Source of the DNA: Auanema rhodensis
Taxonomy: Eukaryota; Animalia; Nematoda
Reading direction: 5' to 3'
NCBI GenBank assembly: GCA_964057225.1
Contig: OZ059899.1
Span: forward strand, 16,244,001 to 16,308,000
Length of the DNA stretch: 64,000 bases
The notes under the pieces were generated by a model. The model saw nothing but the letters and a program-made list of their open reading frames with translations. It did no database searches and was not told the DNA's origin. The position numbers and the translations under genes were made by a program. The stretch's first letter is position 1; every line of letters begins with the position of its first letter. Below, in pieces: positions 62,101 to 64,000 of the stretch.

Positions 62101-62450
62101 ATCGAGATCATCCACAAGATTTGTTCACAAACAAGTTCAGGCTGTGGGCACTGTGTGCCCGGTGAATGTTCCTTTTTCTCAAAAATTATCAACTAAAATC
62201 AAAAATAGATAATCCGAAAATAGGTATTCAGATGTGTAGAATCTGAAATTCCGGGTTAAATTTGGCTGTTTTACTTTTCCGGAAAAACGGTTTATTTCGA
62301 GATCATCCACAAGATTTGTTCACAAACAAGTTCAGGCTGTGGGCATTGTGTGTCCGGTGAATGTTCCTTTTTCTCAAAAATCATCAACTAATATCAAATA
62401 AAGATGATCCTAGGTTGGGTATTCAGATGTGTAGAATCTGAATTTCCGAG
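47145..62450 (+). repeat. 200-bp satellite main array, about 76 monomers
   Basis: Strict 200-bp period, one 5-bp deletion near 49940, ragged monomers at the right edge. Confidence 0.99.
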
Positions 62451-62729
62451 ATTTGGCTCGAACCTCTCGTGGGTTTAAAATGGGTTTATGTGGAGCCCAT
62501 CTACAAGGTCAAAAATATATATAAATGCATATGTTTGCTTAGAAATATAAATAACTTCATAATAGTTATAATTGCACAGCGATATAAGCCATTAGTGAAA
62601 TAATTGATCAGTGTCAATTGCGTTTCAAATATTTCATCTAACATATCAAGTAAGAAATGTGATTATTCCAATAATACTTTTAGCTTCGCAAATTCCTACA
62701 TTTAGTTTCACTCCTTGCTTGGATGAGAT

Positions 62730-64000
62730 TCATGTGGTAATTAAAGGCTTCCTCTTAGTAATTTGTCGTATTCTTTTGAAATAGAATCTGAAAGAACATA
62801 GTGAGACAGAAAATAATGTGATACCAACTTAAGATGCAAATGGTTCGGATAGCATATGGGCACCAACTCCATAAGATTCTTTTCTATTTCTTCGCTTGTA
62901 TCGGGAACTGTGTAAATTGATATTGAATGCACTGATTTGTAATGTCTCCTAAGCTGAAAAAAAACAAATAAAAATGATTATTTATATATATAAACAAATA
63001 CCCCATATACATTATAAAAATGTTTTCCGCACTCTTTACATTTTCGGGATGGTTCTTTGTAATGAGTTCGAAGATGTTCTGCGAGTGAGAATGTACCATT
63101 TCTTCTACAGTATAATATAGTCTTATTACAATCCTATACAACATTGCACACTAATAAAATTAATAAAACACAAACCTTATATTGACACCGAATATGATAT
63201 TTCTCAGAGCAAATGGGCACTGCAGCTTCAGATGTATTACTGCCCTTGTTTTTTTTTGAGTTGACCTTAGATTTTTCACTGCTATCAATAAGTTCGGCTT
63301 CATCTTCATTATCCCTAAATGAAATAATCAAAAACATATTATAATTAACTTGATGAATACTTATGTACAACAGAATTGGCAATTAGAAAGGAGTTTGTAT
63401 TTTGAAGATCCGCCGTTAAGGGGCTGGTATCACTGAGATCATTAACTGGTGAAATAGTGCATAAGCTTTCTAAATTGTTGTAAATTACAAAATTTATTTA
63501 TAAATATATGCTAAAACTAACGATCAGACACACACGACAGGAAAGATAGTTCAGGATCTTCATTCAAATTTAATTCACTAAGTTTACAAATTAATTAAAA
63601 TATTCTTTTCAAAACGTACCCAGTTAATTTCTTACACTCATCAGTAGATGTTGATTGACCGAATATATCGGTTACTTGAAATATATCAGTGAACAGGGAA
63701 CAATTGATAACATTCTTATCCATCAGAGCTTGAATGCTATCTTGAGTACTTTCCTTTTTTGTTAATTGTTTTTCATTTTTTTCAATATCTTGTATAATAC
63801 TATTCAAAACTCCTTCAACAGCTATATCAATAGTATTGGTGCTATGCACTTCTGGCACTTGACTATCTTCCTTTAAGTTTTTATATAAGTTGCTTTCGTC
63901 TAAGTTATAATAATCCCGACCTAAATACAGTAAAATAATTAATTATCAAAACGGTTTAAAGCCGAATGTACCCATCACAGTGCTCATTTGGAACACTGGA
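62730..64000 (-). CDS. Two-finger C2H2 protein with HIM-8/ZIM-like C-terminus (paralogue B); 5' end outside the window
   Basis: Spliced: CQYKDCNKTILYCRRNGTFSLAEHLRTH-x-CKECGKHFYNVYGLRRHYKSVH…LVPICYPNH. Shares I(N/D)CSLFTD and intron positions with paralogue A. Confidence 0.72.

Noticed and set aside
47145-62450. CRISPR-like or 5S/tRNA/SL RNA gene array
   Set aside because: No unique spacers, and no recognisable 5S, tRNA or spliced-leader sequence in the monomer.

Overview
AT-rich nematode (rhabditid-like) genomic DNA with very short (about 35-50 nt) GT-AG introns. The window has two parts. (1) 1-24.6 kb is a dense block of ordinary spliced genes: vps-28, a basic low-complexity protein, a Scribbler/ZNF608-like C2H2 protein, cyclin E, a METTL20-like methyltransferase, ribosomal protein P2, a large Q/P-rich protein, a PAN/apple-domain protein and a two-finger C2H2 protein. 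(2) 25.7-62.45 kb is a roughly 37-kb island built on a 200-bp satellite and interrupted by mobile DNA. It holds a complete, very recent env-bearing BEL/Pao LTR element (identical 449-bp LTRs, GGCTA target-site duplication, one 2764-aa Gag-Pol-phlebovirus-like Env ORF) and a Gag-only deletion derivative of the same family. It also holds a Maverick/Polinton remnant (adenain protease plus an ACTACT terminus) next to a TDP-43-N-terminal-like/trypsin protease fusion gene, and an AT-rich block with two intron-containing Gag-type zinc-knuckle genes and a BEL-type integrase fragment. The island is bracketed by two paralogous C2H2 genes that resemble HIM-8/ZIM. The most unusual signals are an apparent bipartite tRNA-Gly binding site in the LTR element, the protease fusion beside the Maverick remnant, and the zinc-finger pair around the satellite. 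All homology calls are by eye and from memory of family motifs; no searches were run, and exon boundaries are approximate.
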